Shown here piece after piece: positions 1 through 9,164 of a stretch of DNA of 32,000 nt (the stretch's first letter is position 1; each line of letters begins with the position of its first letter). The notes below the pieces were generated by a model, which saw only the letters and a program-made list of their open reading frames with translations, ran no database searches and was not told the origin of the DNA. The position numbers and the translations under genes were made by a program. Source of the stretch: Pyrodictium occultum (lineage in GTDB: Archaea; Thermoproteota; Thermoprotei_A; Sulfolobales; Pyrodictiaceae); contig NZ_LNTB01000001.1 in NCBI RefSeq assembly GCF_001462395.1, positions 1,140,001 to 1,172,000 on the forward strand. The letters run 5' to 3'.

Positions 1-430
1 CCACGTCACATGTGTCCGAGGCTAGGTACTCCAGTGCTGCCGCGAAGTGCTCCTCCCCCCAGGCGTCCACGAGATGTGCAGCATCCCTCTTCTTCATCGA
101 TGCCAGTACCGCGGTGTTCTCGGTATACTCGGCGTCGACGTGCCGGGAATAATTGGCAATCAGCGTGTAGAAATGGTCCCTGCACTCGGTGCAGGGTATG
201 CCAAGCCCGTCGAGGGCTGAGCTTATGGAGGCCACCACGGCTATGTCCCGCGCCAGGCTCGTAGCTTCCTGGCTTGTGTCTATACTCCTGGGCAGCTGCC
301 CGAGCGATGTGGCTTGGAGATCCGTTCCAGCTGTGGACACGAGGCCCTCCCCGAGGATAAATGGCTGAGGTAATGCCGTAGGGATAGCTCTACGGGGCTG
401 GTAACACTCGGCCCCAGGGTCCTGCTCCAT
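1..430 (-). CDS. hypothetical protein, N-terminal part only (runs off the left edge)
   Basis: Absent from the ORF track because no stop codon lies in the window. My hand translation of the minus strand from ATG (430-428) stays open to position 2: MEQDPGAECYQPRRAIPTALPQPFILGEGL...GIPCTECRDHFYTLIANYSRHVDAEYTENTAVLASMKKRDAAHLVDAWGEEHFAAALEYL. The composition is protein-like, whereas the overlapping + ORF 10..264 is R/P/S-rich like an antisense frame. No family recognised. Confidence 0.5.
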   Translation of the reverse strand, partial: MEQDPGAECYQPRRAIPTALPQPFILGEGLVSTAGTDLQATSLGQLPRSIDTSQEATSLARDIAVVASISSALDGLGIPCTECRDHFYTLIANYSRHVDAEYTENTAVLASMKKRDAAHLVDAWGEEHFAAALEYLASDTCDV

Positions 431-592
431 GGGAAGGGGTCCGCTGGACTAGGATTCTTCACCGCCCCAGGAGGCAGCGGCCCCCCGGGCCTCAAACCGG
501 GTTTATCTCGTCATCCCCTGGCCTAGAGGGGTGGTGGCCGAGGCAGATTAGGGGGCTTGTCTTCTCCGTTAACCCGGGGAGAGGAAGCCACT

Positions 593-1327
593 ATGCAGCT
601 AGTGTGTATAAGATGCGGCAGGCCGCTAGTTGAGGGAGGGAGTGTAGGCCCCCTCTGCCTGGAGTGCTTCATCGAAACCCATAGGATCCTATGCGTCCCC
701 GAGCGGCTAGAATTCGACTACTGCAGGTACTGCGGGTCTATCAGGATTGGGTATAAATGGGTCGAGGGGGGAGAGCTAGGTGAGGCCTCGGCAAAATTTC
801 TTGAACGCCACCTCAGCGAGCATGTAGAGCCCTGCGTTAAGGAGGTTGAGAGCTTCCGCCTCGAGTCCGTGGAGCCTCTCACAGCTCCCTCTTGGCGTAC
901 AATGTACAGGGTGGTCTTCTCCGCCAGGCTACGGGGTGTCGATAGAGCGGTAAGGGTGAGCTACACCGTTGAGGTGAGGGCTAAGCCAACCATATGCCCG
1001 GCTTGTAAGGACGCGCGCGGAGGCGATTACAACGTCCTCCTCCAGGTGAGGGGTGAGAAGCCTGCAAAGCTGGCAAAGGTTTTATCACCACTGTTGGAGT
1101 CTAGCAGGCAGCTCGCCAACTCTATAGTAGATATAGTGGAGTATGGTGATGGTGTAGACTTCCTGCTTCTAGACCGTGGCAGTGCATCTAAGATAGTACG
1201 GCAGCTTAGGAAGTACTATCGCGTCCGCCTCGGCGCCACTGGCGAGGATGTTGGCATAACCTCCCGAGGCAGGCTAAGGAGGCGCCTCGTATTATCTCTC
1301 CACCTGCTCGAGGAGAGGCGGAGATGA
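593..1327 (+). CDS. NMD3-family protein (archaeal homologue of the 60S export adaptor)
   Basis: N-terminal paired Cys motifs CIRCGR...CLEC...CRYCG plus a later CPAC, with length and layout typical of archaeal NMD3. I prefer ATG 593 (MQLVCIRCG) over the TTG at 557 used in the track. Confidence 0.7.
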   Translation: MQLVCIRCGRPLVEGGSVGPLCLECFIETHRILCVPERLEFDYCRYCGSIRIGYKWVEGGELGEASAKFLERHLSEHVEPCVKEVESFRLESVEPLTAPSWRTMYRVVFSARLRGVDRAVRVSYTVEVRAKPTICPACKDARGGDYNVLLQVRGEKPAKLAKVLSPLLESSRQLANSIVDIVEYGDGVDFLLLDRGSASKIVRQLRKYYRVRLGATGEDVGITSRGRLRRRLVLSLHLLEERRR

Positions 1328-1638
1328 GCGACGAGCTGGACTACGTGCCCGAGGATGTACTTAAGGAGGTGCTGGAGGCTGAGCGGGAGATACTTCCTAG
1401 GCGTAGAAGGAGGATGAAGCCCTACCCGAGCTCACGCGACTTGGTGGAGGCTGTGATAGAGGCGGTTAGGAGCTTCAGCGGCCATCCTGACGGGCTCCCC
1501 GAGTACGTGCTGCGGATACTTGAGGAGAAGGGGTTCGAAACCAGGCATGTCACTATAAAGCGCATATGGCGCACTTACGAGGCTCTCGTCCGAAGGGGCG
1601 TGATAGGCGACCGCCTGGGAGTTCTTGAGCCGGAGTAG
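1324..1638 (+). CDS. hypothetical small protein, translationally coupled to the NMD3 gene
   Basis: An ATGA start/stop overlap with the upstream gene (1324-1327). The sequence is protein-like and helical. No family recognised. Confidence 0.55.
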   Translation: MSDELDYVPEDVLKEVLEAEREILPRRRRRMKPYPSSRDLVEAVIEAVRSFSGHPDGLPEYVLRILEEKGFETRHVTIKRIWRTYEALVRRGVIGDRLGVLEPE

Positions 1639-1680
1639 CTGCGTTATTCGGGTGGCACTCATAATCCTTGGTGGGCATCC

Positions 1681-1693
1681 TTAATACTATAGG
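1681..1693 (+). promoter_or_regulatory. TATA-like box (TTAATACTATAGG)
   Basis: An AT-rich element about 25-30 nt upstream of the GTG at 1711. This is consistent with a leaderless or short-leader archaeal transcript. Confidence 0.4.
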
Positions 1694-1710
1694 TCAAGCT
1701 ACAACTAAAG

Positions 1711-2172
1711 GTGGGGGGCGATTTGAGGGTGCTGATAAGGCATGGCGACGTCTGGCTACTACTCAAGGAGGTATACACTATCCAGCGGGGGAGGCGTAGA
1801 AGAGGCAGGCAGAGGACGCGCAGCGCAGCGCCTTACGGGATGGTTGCTGAGAGCGTTGAGAAGCCTCCAGTGAATGGTATGAAGTATAGCGGCTACGTAG
1901 AAGTGCCTGCTACTAAGGTTAGCAGGTTCGCTACAAAGATGCATATGGCTGAGGGCAATGCGGTCATAGCTATAGAGCCGGATGGTCTGGACAGCTACAA
2001 GGCAGTCATCTATGCTAGTACGAAGAGCGAACTTGAGAGGGTTAAGAGGCTGGCCGAGTCCGTGATAGCCTCGCTCCAGGTACGCCGTGGCCGGAGCATA
2101 GGGGAGGAGGCTAGGGGCGAGGAGGAAGAGGAGGTGGAGGAAGCTGATGAGGAGCAAGAGGGAGAGGAGTAG
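1711..2172 (+). CDS. hypothetical protein with poly-acidic C-terminal tail
   Basis: A 153-aa ORF with a GTG start placed correctly behind the TATA-like box. The C-terminus reads EEARGEEEEEVEEADEEQEGEE. No family recognised, and the start is uncertain (internal Met codons exist). Confidence 0.5.
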   Translation: MGGDLRVLIRHGDVWLLLKEVYTIQRGRRRRGRQRTRSAAPYGMVAESVEKPPVNGMKYSGYVEVPATKVSRFATKMHMAEGNAVIAIEPDGLDSYKAVIYASTKSELERVKRLAESVIASLQVRRGRSIGEEARGEEEEEVEEADEEQEGEE

Positions 2173-2524
2173 CAGCGGGTCTGCGGGAACCCTCTGCGAG
2201 GTCTGCGGCGAGGCGCCGGCGGCCCACGTATGCCCCATGTGCGGCCGCAGGGTATGCGATGAAGACTGGGCCGGCGACCGCTGCATAGTCTGCAGGGAGA
2301 CGTCGTGCAGCATATGCGGAGCCAGGCTGGCGGTTGCGAGCTGCAGCATCTGCGGCCGCCCTGTCTGCGATGAGTGCTCTGTCCAGGTGACACCGGTAGC
2401 AAGGGTGTGCAGGGAGTGCCTGGCCAGGCTCGGCGGCTTGCCGAGGGAGTGGCCGCCGCGGAGCCTCGTTCTAGCTGAGCTCCGCAGGCTTAGCGCTGGC
2501 CTCTCCAGCCTGTTGCGGGGATAG
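2147..2524 (+). CDS. Cys-rich multi-zinc-ribbon protein
   Basis: Eight Cys pairs of the CxxC type: CEVC, CPMC, CIVC, CSIC, CSIC, CDEC, CREC and others. This is enough for about four Zn sites in 125 aa. It overlaps the upstream ORF by 26 nt. Confidence 0.6.
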   Translation: MRSKRERSSSGSAGTLCEVCGEAPAAHVCPMCGRRVCDEDWAGDRCIVCRETSCSICGARLAVASCSICGRPVCDECSVQVTPVARVCRECLARLGGLPREWPPRSLVLAELRRLSAGLSSLLRG

Positions 2525-3481
2525 CCACTCGTCCAGCCTGCCGGACCGCGGCGGCTCCCGGGGCCTTATCCTAAGGGGTATCAGGTGGGAGCCGTCGCAT
2601 GTCGGCGCGGTGTGGAGGTGCTGCATGCCCTCTCTGCACGTGGCGAACTCCATTCCTAGGCGGAGGGCTATCCTCCTCACTCTTTCAACGATTCTAGCCC
2701 TCACCTCTAGCGGCGCGTACCAGTAGCCGTTTATCCACCTGCGCCCGGCAGGGTAGAGCCTCCGGTACTCCTCTTCCAGCTCCGGGAAGGCCTCCAGCAT
2801 CCTACGTAGGTTGTCGGGCCTAGCCTTGTAGATCGATGTAACCACGAACCTTGCCTCAGCGGCCCTGGCAGCCTCCAAGACCTCTTGTATCATTTCCTCG
2901 CTGTCGGTGAGGCCTGGGAAAACCGGGTCGAGCCGGATCCCTAGCGGCACCCCGGCCTCGTTCAGCTTCTCGAGCGCCCTTACCCTATCCCTCGGCGGCG
3001 GCGCGCCCGGCTCCAGTCTAGCGGCGAGCCTGCGGTCCATAGTGGTTATGGTCATGGTGACCGCGGCGTTCCCCTGGGAGAGTATGTTGGCGTCCCTGGC
3101 CACGAGCGCACCCTTGGTTATTATGAGTACACGGAACCCGCGGGGCAACAGCTGCTCCAGCGTCCACCTGGTCAGCCGGTACCTCTCCTCCTCCGGGGGG
3201 TATGGGTCGCTGCTCGTCGAGATGTCTATGTGGTACCTGGGGTCTATCCTTACTAGATCCCTCAGGAGCCTCTCCCTGTAGTCCTTTTTCGGGGTACTCC
3301 TCCTAACCCCTATGTATGCGGTCGCATAGCAATAGAGGCAGAAGTGGCTGCATCCGGTATATGGGTTTAAAGAATACTTAACCGGGCATGTGCAGAGACT
3401 GCTCCCCCAGGGGTCAAAGGTCTTTATAAGCCTGCCTTCGGGCAGTAGAGGCCTCCGCCCCCTTCCCGGCATATTACCCAA
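2471..3481 (-). CDS. radical SAM protein, SplB/COG1533-like (so-called DNA repair photolyase family)
   Basis: CSHFCLYCYA is a CxxxCxxC motif in the NPYTGCSHFCLYCYA context typical of COG1533. The TTG at 3481 or the ATG at 3472 could be the start. Confidence 0.75.
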   Translation of the reverse strand: MGNMPGRGRRPLLPEGRLIKTFDPWGSSLCTCPVKYSLNPYTGCSHFCLYCYATAYIGVRRSTPKKDYRERLLRDLVRIDPRYHIDISTSSDPYPPEEERYRLTRWTLEQLLPRGFRVLIITKGALVARDANILSQGNAAVTMTITTMDRRLAARLEPGAPPPRDRVRALEKLNEAGVPLGIRLDPVFPGLTDSEEMIQEVLEAARAAEARFVVTSIYKARPDNLRRMLEAFPELEEEYRRLYPAGRRWINGYWYAPLEVRARIVERVRRIALRLGMEFATCREGMQHLHTAPTCDGSHLIPLRIRPREPPRSGRLDEWLSPQQAGEASAKPAELS

Positions 3482-3523
3482 GGGCTTCTCCCGCTATGCG
3501 TCCCTTCTGGAACCCCGCGGCGG

Positions 3524-4156
3524 CTATAGCTCGATATTCGCGTGCTTAGCGCGGAGATCATCTTCGCTCTTGCCCAGGCGGTGCATCAGCTCCACTACAA
3601 CGCCGTCGAGGAACACCAGTGCAGTATCCTCGAACAGCGTGCCAAGCGGTGCTAAGGGTTCATGTATGCCTAGTATCTGGCGTGCGAAGTAGTCTATATC
3701 AGGTGCCATCTTGGTGCGGCCAGGTATCTCGACCACGACGTCTGCTAGCTGCCCCAGAGGGCTGTCAGGGTAACTGGTTACAGCTACTATGACTGCACCC
3801 ACCTTCTTGGCTGCCTCGGCCGCCGTGACTATTAGCTTCGTCCTACCCGAGCCGGATATAGCTACAACCGCATCGTTCTCTCCTATACTGGGGGTTATAC
3901 TCTCTCCAAGCACGTACACGTTGAAGCCCATATGCATGAGCCTCATAGCGAATGCGCGTCCCACTAGGCCGCTCCGGCCGGCACCCATTACCAGTACCTT
4001 GTGCCCGTCGCGGTACACTCTCTCTAGTACCTCAAGCATACTGTTTACCTGCTCCGGCTTCAGCCTGTCTATAACCTTGTCTATGAACACTACAATCTCC
4101 TTCATCGTCTTCTTGACATACTCCAAGAGGGGGCCAGCCTCCGGCCAGCGCTCCAT
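3524..4156 (-). CDS. SIS-domain sugar-phosphate isomerase, 6-phospho-3-hexuloisomerase-like
   Basis: A single SIS domain: [20 protein letters not shown]...[11 protein letters not shown]...VTS. The roughly 210-aa size fits PHI of the archaeal RuMP route. Confidence 0.6.
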   Translation of the reverse strand: MERWPEAGPLLEYVKKTMKEIVVFIDKVIDRLKPEQVNSMLEVLERVYRDGHKVLVMGAGRSGLVGRAFAMRLMHMGFNVYVLGESITPSIGENDAVVAISGSGRTKLIVTAAEAAKKVGAVIVAVTSYPDSPLGQLADVVVEIPGRTKMAPDIDYFARQILGIHEPLAPLGTLFEDTALVFLDGVVVELMHRLGKSEDDLRAKHANIEL

Positions 4157-4296
4157 AATCCCTGGGAAGGCCTACACAGCTCCCACCTTATCCCTTACCC
4201 TGCTCCAGGCTACATGTGGAGACCCCTGCACGGGCCCCTTAGGGCTTCAAAGCCAGCCGAGCTGCGCTAGGTGAAGCCTTATTTGCGGGCCCGGGT

Positions 4297-7200
4297 ATGG
4301 CCGCAGCCCGGCTCGCCCCAGCTCCAGGCCCACTGGGCCCTCCGGGTAGCCGGCGAGGACGACAAGTTGCGGGGAGGGGGTCAGCTATTGCTTCGAGGAT
4401 AATCTCCAGGAGGGAGCCTATAAACGAGTTCGCTGAGAAGCTCTACAAGATAGCGCGTAAGTGGCAGGAAAGATGGCTGAGGTCCCGCATATTCGAGGCC
4501 GACCCGGATGAGAGCAAGCCAAAGTTCTTCATAACCGCGGCCTTCCCCTATCCCAATAGCCCGCTGCATCTGGGGCATAGCAGAACATACACCATAACGG
4601 ATGCGTACGCGCGCTTCATGCGGATGAGAGGTTACAACGTGCTGTTCCCGATGGGCTTCCACTTCACCGGCACACCGATCCTAACCATGGCAGAAGCTAT
4701 AGCCAATGGCGACAAGGACCTCATAGACCTAATGATAAACGTGTACGACGTGCCGCCAGAGGATATAGACAAGCTTAAGGACCCCCTCTCGCTCGCAAGA
4801 TACTTCAGCCGCGACGCAAAGCAGGCGATGATAGAGTCCGGCTACAGTATTGACTGGAGAAGAGAGTTCACAACAATAGACGAGGAGTTCAAAAAGTTCA
4901 TTGTATGGCAGTTCACAAGGCTGAAGGAGAAAGGGCTGCTGAAGAAGGGCACTCACCCCGTCGGCTGGTGCCCAGTACACAACATGCCCGTCGGCATGCA
5001 CGATACCAAGGGTGACGTGGAGCCGGAGATAGGGGAATTCACACTAATACTCTTCGAGCTGGAGGACGGCCTCTACCTTCCTGCCGCAACGCTTAGACCA
5101 GAGACAGTGTTCGGCGTCACCAATGTATGGGTAAACCCTGCTGCAGACTACGTAATAGTAGCCATTGATGGTAGACGCTATGTAGTGAGCGAGAGGGCCG
5201 CCTTCAAGCTAAGGTTCCAGCGCGATAACGTGGTGGTTGAGAGGAAGCTCCGCGGCGAGGAGCTTCTGGGAAGACGCGTACGCAACCCCGCAACGGGCAG
5301 GGCGGTGCCCATACTCCCCGCGGACTTCGTCGATCCTAACACGGCCACTGGAGTAGTAATGAGCGTGCCAGCCCACGCCCCTTACGACTACGTAGCCTTA
5401 GAGGAGCTGAAGAGGGAGAAGCTGGACACTCTAAAGAAGCTCGGAGTCGACCCCGCCGAGCTAGAGCCAATACCCCTCATAAGGGTTAAGGGATACGGTG
5501 AGATACCGGCGAGGGATATAGTAGAGAAGATGGGAATTAAGAGCCAGCTTCAGAGGAAGCTGCTTGATGAAGCCACCAGGAAGCTCTACAGCGATGAGTA
5601 TCATAGCGGCATAGTCAGGGAGGATATACTAAATTACATTTACCCGGATATGCCGGAGCCCTACCGCAGTTTTGCCATAGCACCGGTGAAGGCCTGGATC
5701 GCTGGGAGAAGTGTTCCGGAGGCCCGCGACGCGGCTGCCAGATGGCTCGCAGCGCTAGGCTACGGCGACAGGATGTACGAGATAATGAACCGCCCCGTCT
5801 ACTGCAGATGTGGAAACGAGATAGTGGTCAAAGTCCTGAAGGACCAGTGGTTTATAGATTATGGGAACCCCGAGTGGAAGAAGCTTGCCTACGAGCTACT
5901 TAACTCTATGAGGGTAGTCCCTGACGAGGTTAGGGAGGAGTTCGTCAAGACTATAGAATGGCTCCACGAGAGAGCGGCTGCCCGCACCCGCGGCCTCGGC
6001 ACAGAGCTGCCGTGGAGCAAGGGCTGGATCATAGAAAGTCTAAGCGACTCTACAATATACATGGCGTTCTACACTGTTATACACAAGATAAGGAGATACG
6101 GCCTGAAGCCGGAGCAGCTAACCACAGGGTTTTGGGACTATGTACTGCTGGGCAAGGGTGACCCCGACAAGGTTTCCGAGAAGACGGGCATTGGTAGGGA
6201 TGTGCTTGAAGATCTCCGTAGGGAGTTTAACTACTGGTATCCGCTGGACTCGCGGCATAGCGGTAGGGACCTGGTGCCGAACCATCTAACGTTCTTCATA
6301 TTCAACCATGCTGCCATCTTCCCGAGGGAGAAGTGGCCTAGACAGATAGTGGTGAATGGCTTCGTCCTGCTGGAAGGAAAGAAGATGAGTAAGAGCCTCC
6401 GCAACATAATACCGCTGCGAAGAGCGCTGCGCGTCTATGGAGCCGACACGGTGCGGGCTACGCTGCTCGCGGCTGCAGAGCTGCTGCAGGATGCAAACTT
6501 CTCTGACGAGCTGGCCAGGAGCGTCATGGATAGGCTTCGCAGGTTCGAGAGCTATGCCCAGCGGGCCCGTGAGGCCGGCGGCGAGGAGACGGTTGCCGAC
6601 CGGTGGCTCCGCAGTATACTCCAGCGCCGCGTGGAGGAGGTGACCAAGGCCTTTGAGGAGTTGAGGACCAGGGCGGCGACGGTTACAGTGCTCTACGAGA
6701 TGAGCAATGATGTGGTCAAGTATCTTGAAATCCGCGGCGGCGAGCCCGGGCCCGCACTACGCGAGTACATAGAGGCCTGGACCAAGATGCTGTCGCCAAT
6801 AGCGCCTCACATAGCAGAGGAGGTCTGGCACGAGATCCTTGGCAAGGAGAGCTTCGTCTCATTGGAGAAGTGGCCCTCTCCGGACCCCAGTAGACGCGAC
6901 CTCCAGGCAGAGCTCATGGTAGCCTATGTGGACCGTCTAGTCGAGGATGTAAAGTCAATTCTTAGGGTCTACAAGGGCGAGCCTAGGAGGCTAGTCGTAG
7001 CGGTCGCCAGTCCCAGCAGCTGGAGAATAGCCAGGATAGTAGCAGCCCACGTCGCAAGAAGAAGCCAGCTTCGCGACGCGATACACGCCGCCATAGAGGC
7101 GGGGGCTCCGGGCAAGGAGGCTGCTAGGCTGGTCCGCAGGCTCTACGAGCTGTTACAGAGCGTAGACGAGGAGCTGCTCTCGCTCATAGAGGGTGTCGAC

Positions 7201-7365
7201 GTGTTCGACGAGAAGTACGCCATAGAGGCTATGAGAGATTATATATCGGCTAAGACCAGGATAAGGGAGATCAGCGTCTACTATGTGGAGGAGGCCGCAG
7301 GCCGTCTCCCCGAGAGCAAGCTGAACCAGGTTACTCCGCTGAGGCCTGCAATCCTCATAGAATAG
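4297..7365 (+). CDS. leuS: leucyl-tRNA synthetase
   Basis: Class I HIGH motif (PLHLGH), KMSKS motif (KKMSKSLRN), and the archaeal LeuRS N-terminal pattern KWQERW...FFITAAFPYPNSPLHLGH. The first roughly 40 aa from ATG 4297 are low-complexity, so the true start may lie downstream. Confidence 0.93.
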   Translation: MAAARLAPAPGPLGPPGSRRGRQVAGRGSAIASRIISRREPINEFAEKLYKIARKWQERWLRSRIFEADPDESKPKFFITAAFPYPNSPLHLGHSRTYTITDAYARFMRMRGYNVLFPMGFHFTGTPILTMAEAIANGDKDLIDLMINVYDVPPEDIDKLKDPLSLARYFSRDAKQAMIESGYSIDWRREFTTIDEEFKKFIVWQFTRLKEKGLLKKGTHPVGWCPVHNMPVGMHDTKGDVEPEIGEFTLILFELEDGLYLPAATLRPETVFGVTNVWVNPAADYVIVAIDGRRYVVSERAAFKLRFQRDNVVVERKLRGEELLGRRVRNPATGRAVPILPADFVDPNTATGVVMSVPAHAPYDYVALEELKREKLDTLKKLGVDPAELEPIPLIRVKGYGEIPARDIVEKMGIKSQLQRKLLDEATRKLYSDEYHSGIVREDILNYIYPDMPEPYRSFAIAPVKAWIAGRSVPEARDAAARWLAALGYGDRMYEIMNRPVYCRCGNEIVVKVLKDQWFIDYGNPEWKKLAYELLNSMRVVPDEVREEFVKTIEWLHERAAARTRGLGTELPWSKGWIIESLSDSTIYMAFYTVIHKIRRYGLKPEQLTTGFWDYVLLGKGDPDKVSEKTGIGRDVLEDLRREFNYWYPLDSRHSGRDLVPNHLTFFIFNHAAIFPREKWPRQIVVNGFVLLEGKKMSKSLRNIIPLRRALRVYGADTVRATLLAAAELLQDANFSDELARSVMDRLRRFESYAQRAREAGGEETVADRWLRSILQRRVEEVTKAFEELRTRAATVTVLYEMSNDVVKYLEIRGGEPGPALREYIEAWTKMLSPIAPHIAEEVWHEILGKESFVSLEKWPSPDPSRRDLQAELMVAYVDRLVEDVKSILRVYKGEPRRLVVAVASPSSWRIARIVAAHVARRSQLRDAIHAAIEAGAPGKEAARLVRRLYELLQSVDEELLSLIEGVDVFDEKYAIEAMRDYISAKTRIREISVYYVEEAAGRLPESKLNQVTPLRPAILIE

Positions 7366-7395
7366 CGCTCCTATATAGGCCTCTTTTACCCCCGC

Positions 7396-8088
7396 CTATA
7401 GAGGCCCCCTCACCTTAACCATGCCCTCTCTGGTTATCTCTATACAGCCCTTCTCCGCTAGATCGTGGAGCATCCTCCTTGCCTCCTCCCGCTTCACCCC
7501 CATGGCGTGGGAGACCACGTCGACAGCGTCTCTAATAGGGGCGGGCGCCCCGCCGAACACCGATGCCAGCGCCTCTAGAGGGTCTCGCATGCATGGTGGC
7601 TTCGTAGGCACGGGGAGATGGCCCCTAATCTCGATATACTCCTTAAGCCCCGTCCCCGGCAGCTCTAGCAGATAGATGTTTGGAGATATCCGCTTCACCA
7701 CCAGCCTCCTCAATCCATAGCTGGAGGGGCGCCGCAGCTCATAGCCGGCAACGAGTACAGGGCTGCTGCCGGGAGCACACCAGAGGAAGACGCCTCCGGG
7801 CCCGCCGCCCTCACTGCAGCCTCTCACCTCGACCCCGAGCCCTGCGGCCTCTGCAGCAGCGGATACGACAGGAGCCAGCGACTCCTCCGTATAGAGTATT
7901 GTGCCTGCGTTGTAGGCGGCCACGAGGCCAAGGCTTATCGACACACGCCGTAGCGGCGGCGTTATGTAAACTCTCAGTCCCCGCCCGAGGATGGAAACTA
8001 TCCCTCCCGGGCTCATTGCCTGCTCCGCCTCCCCTGCAGCGTGTATGCCACTCTTCCAGCAGGGTTCAGCGTAGCTCAGCCTCCTCAC
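7396..8088 (-). CDS. hypothetical protein with a C-terminal wHTH-like region
   Basis: A 230-aa ORF starting at GTG 8088, or ATG 8016 giving MSPGGIVSILG. The C-terminal end reads GVKREEARRMLHDLAEKGCIEITREG. No family recognised. Confidence 0.5.
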   Translation of the reverse strand: MRRLSYAEPCWKSGIHAAGEAEQAMSPGGIVSILGRGLRVYITPPLRRVSISLGLVAAYNAGTILYTEESLAPVVSAAAEAAGLGVEVRGCSEGGGPGGVFLWCAPGSSPVLVAGYELRRPSSYGLRRLVVKRISPNIYLLELPGTGLKEYIEIRGHLPVPTKPPCMRDPLEALASVFGGAPAPIRDAVDVVSHAMGVKREEARRMLHDLAEKGCIEITREGMVKVRGPL

Positions 8089-8214
8089 AGCCCCCTTCCA
8101 GGGGCTCAGCCCTCAGCTCCTCATCCTCCCAGCACTCCCAGGGAGAATAACACGAGCTAGGAGACTTTTATGAAGGCTGGACGGTCCTCCTTGCCGCACG
8201 GCTGCCCGTGGACC

Positions 8215-8272
8215 GTGATGTGTAAGAGGGTCGCTGACGCCCCGCCGTGATGAGTGCCGGAACCCTGGCTGA
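8215..8272 (+). ncRNA. box C/D sRNA candidate 1
   Basis: C box GUGAUGU 8215-8221; 12-nt guide GUAAGAGGGUCG 8222-8233; D' CUGA 8234-8237; 9-nt linker; C' GUGAUGA 8247-8253; 15-nt guide GUGCCGGAACCCUGG 8254-8268; D CUGA 8269-8272. It lies in a roughly 380-nt spacer between divergent genes. A TATA-like CTTTTATG sits at 8165-8172. No terminal stem seen. Confidence 0.5.
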
Positions 8273-8471
8273 CCCTCCTCCCTGCACCATCCTCTAGAGC
8301 AGGCGCAATGTCTTTACACCCGCCGGGTGCTCTTCCCGGTAATCTGGCCCTGCAACAGCTCCGCCCTTGGAGCCTCTCTGGGATGAGCAGGGCCGGGACG
8401 TATTCACCGCGCCCTTTCTCTGGCCCCTCTCCTCCCGCTCTCCTGGGGAAGGAGGAGGTGCAGCAGGAGCC

Positions 8472-9164
8472 TTGATCATTGTGGCAGCCGGCGATGTGCA
8501 TAGTCCAAGGTACCTGCTACAGTACATGGCCGCACTTGCAAAGCACCGCGATGAGTGCAGCAGAGCAGGCATTCTCATATGGGCAGGTGACATGGTGGAC
8601 CGTGGCAGGGTTAGCGCGCTCGAGGCCGTGGTGGAGGCCTCGAGGAGGAGCTGCCCCTCCGCGAGAATAGTGGCTGTCTTCGGTAACGAGGAATACATGG
8701 ACAGGGAGGAGGAGTTTATTAGACGCTACCCCTCCGTAGTATGGCTCAACGACACCTACATAGTGGTCGAGGAGGACATAAAGCTGGCCATATATGGTAG
8801 CAGGGGTGTTCTAGACAGGCCCACCAGGTGGCAGCGCAGGCACATACCAGGCATAGAGGCGATCTACCGCCATAGAGCTGAGAGAGCTGCAGCCGCGCTC
8901 CGAGAGCTGCGTGGCAAGGCGGACAAGGTTATACTCGTGACGCATTATGCGCCGACCCGCCTAACACTCGAAGGAGAGGATCCAAGAATATGGCCCGAGC
9001 TAGGGAGCACGATAATGGAGAGGGTGGTGCTTGAAACAGCACCCGACCTGGCTATCCACGGCCACGCTCACCGCTCAAAGAGGCTGGAGGCTGTATTGGG
9101 CAGAACCCGTGTAATCAACGTGGCCCTCCCAGCACGTGGAGATGTGGCGGTTATCGATCTCTAG
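8472..9164 (+). CDS. metallophosphoesterase (calcineurin-like)
   Basis: Motifs GDVH, GDMVDRG, GNEE, VTHYAP and HGHAH. I prefer the in-frame TTG at 8472 (LIIVAAGDVH), which follows GGAGGAGGTG. The track start at 8367 adds a G/P/S-rich extension. Confidence 0.8.
   Translation: MIIVAAGDVHSPRYLLQYMAALAKHRDECSRAGILIWAGDMVDRGRVSALEAVVEASRRSCPSARIVAVFGNEEYMDREEEFIRRYPSVVWLNDTYIVVEEDIKLAIYGSRGVLDRPTRWQRRHIPGIEAIYRHRAERAAAALRELRGKADKVILVTHYAPTRLTLEGEDPRIWPELGSTIMERVVLETAPDLAIHGHAHRSKRLEAVLGRTRVINVALPARGDVAVIDL

Noticed and set aside
1759-2402. Long minus-strand ORFs (196 aa and 130 aa) antisense to the 153-aa and zinc-ribbon genes.
   Set aside because: Their translations are S/P/L/R-rich and low-complexity, typical of antisense frames in GC-rich DNA, and they overlap each other.
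8157-8698. Minus-strand ORFs 8157..8501 and 8294..8698, and the plus ORF 8254..8475.
   Set aside because: They lie antisense to, or upstream of, the well-supported metallophosphoesterase. Their sequences are G/P/A/R-rich, and the region is better explained by the sRNA candidate plus the phosphoesterase leader.
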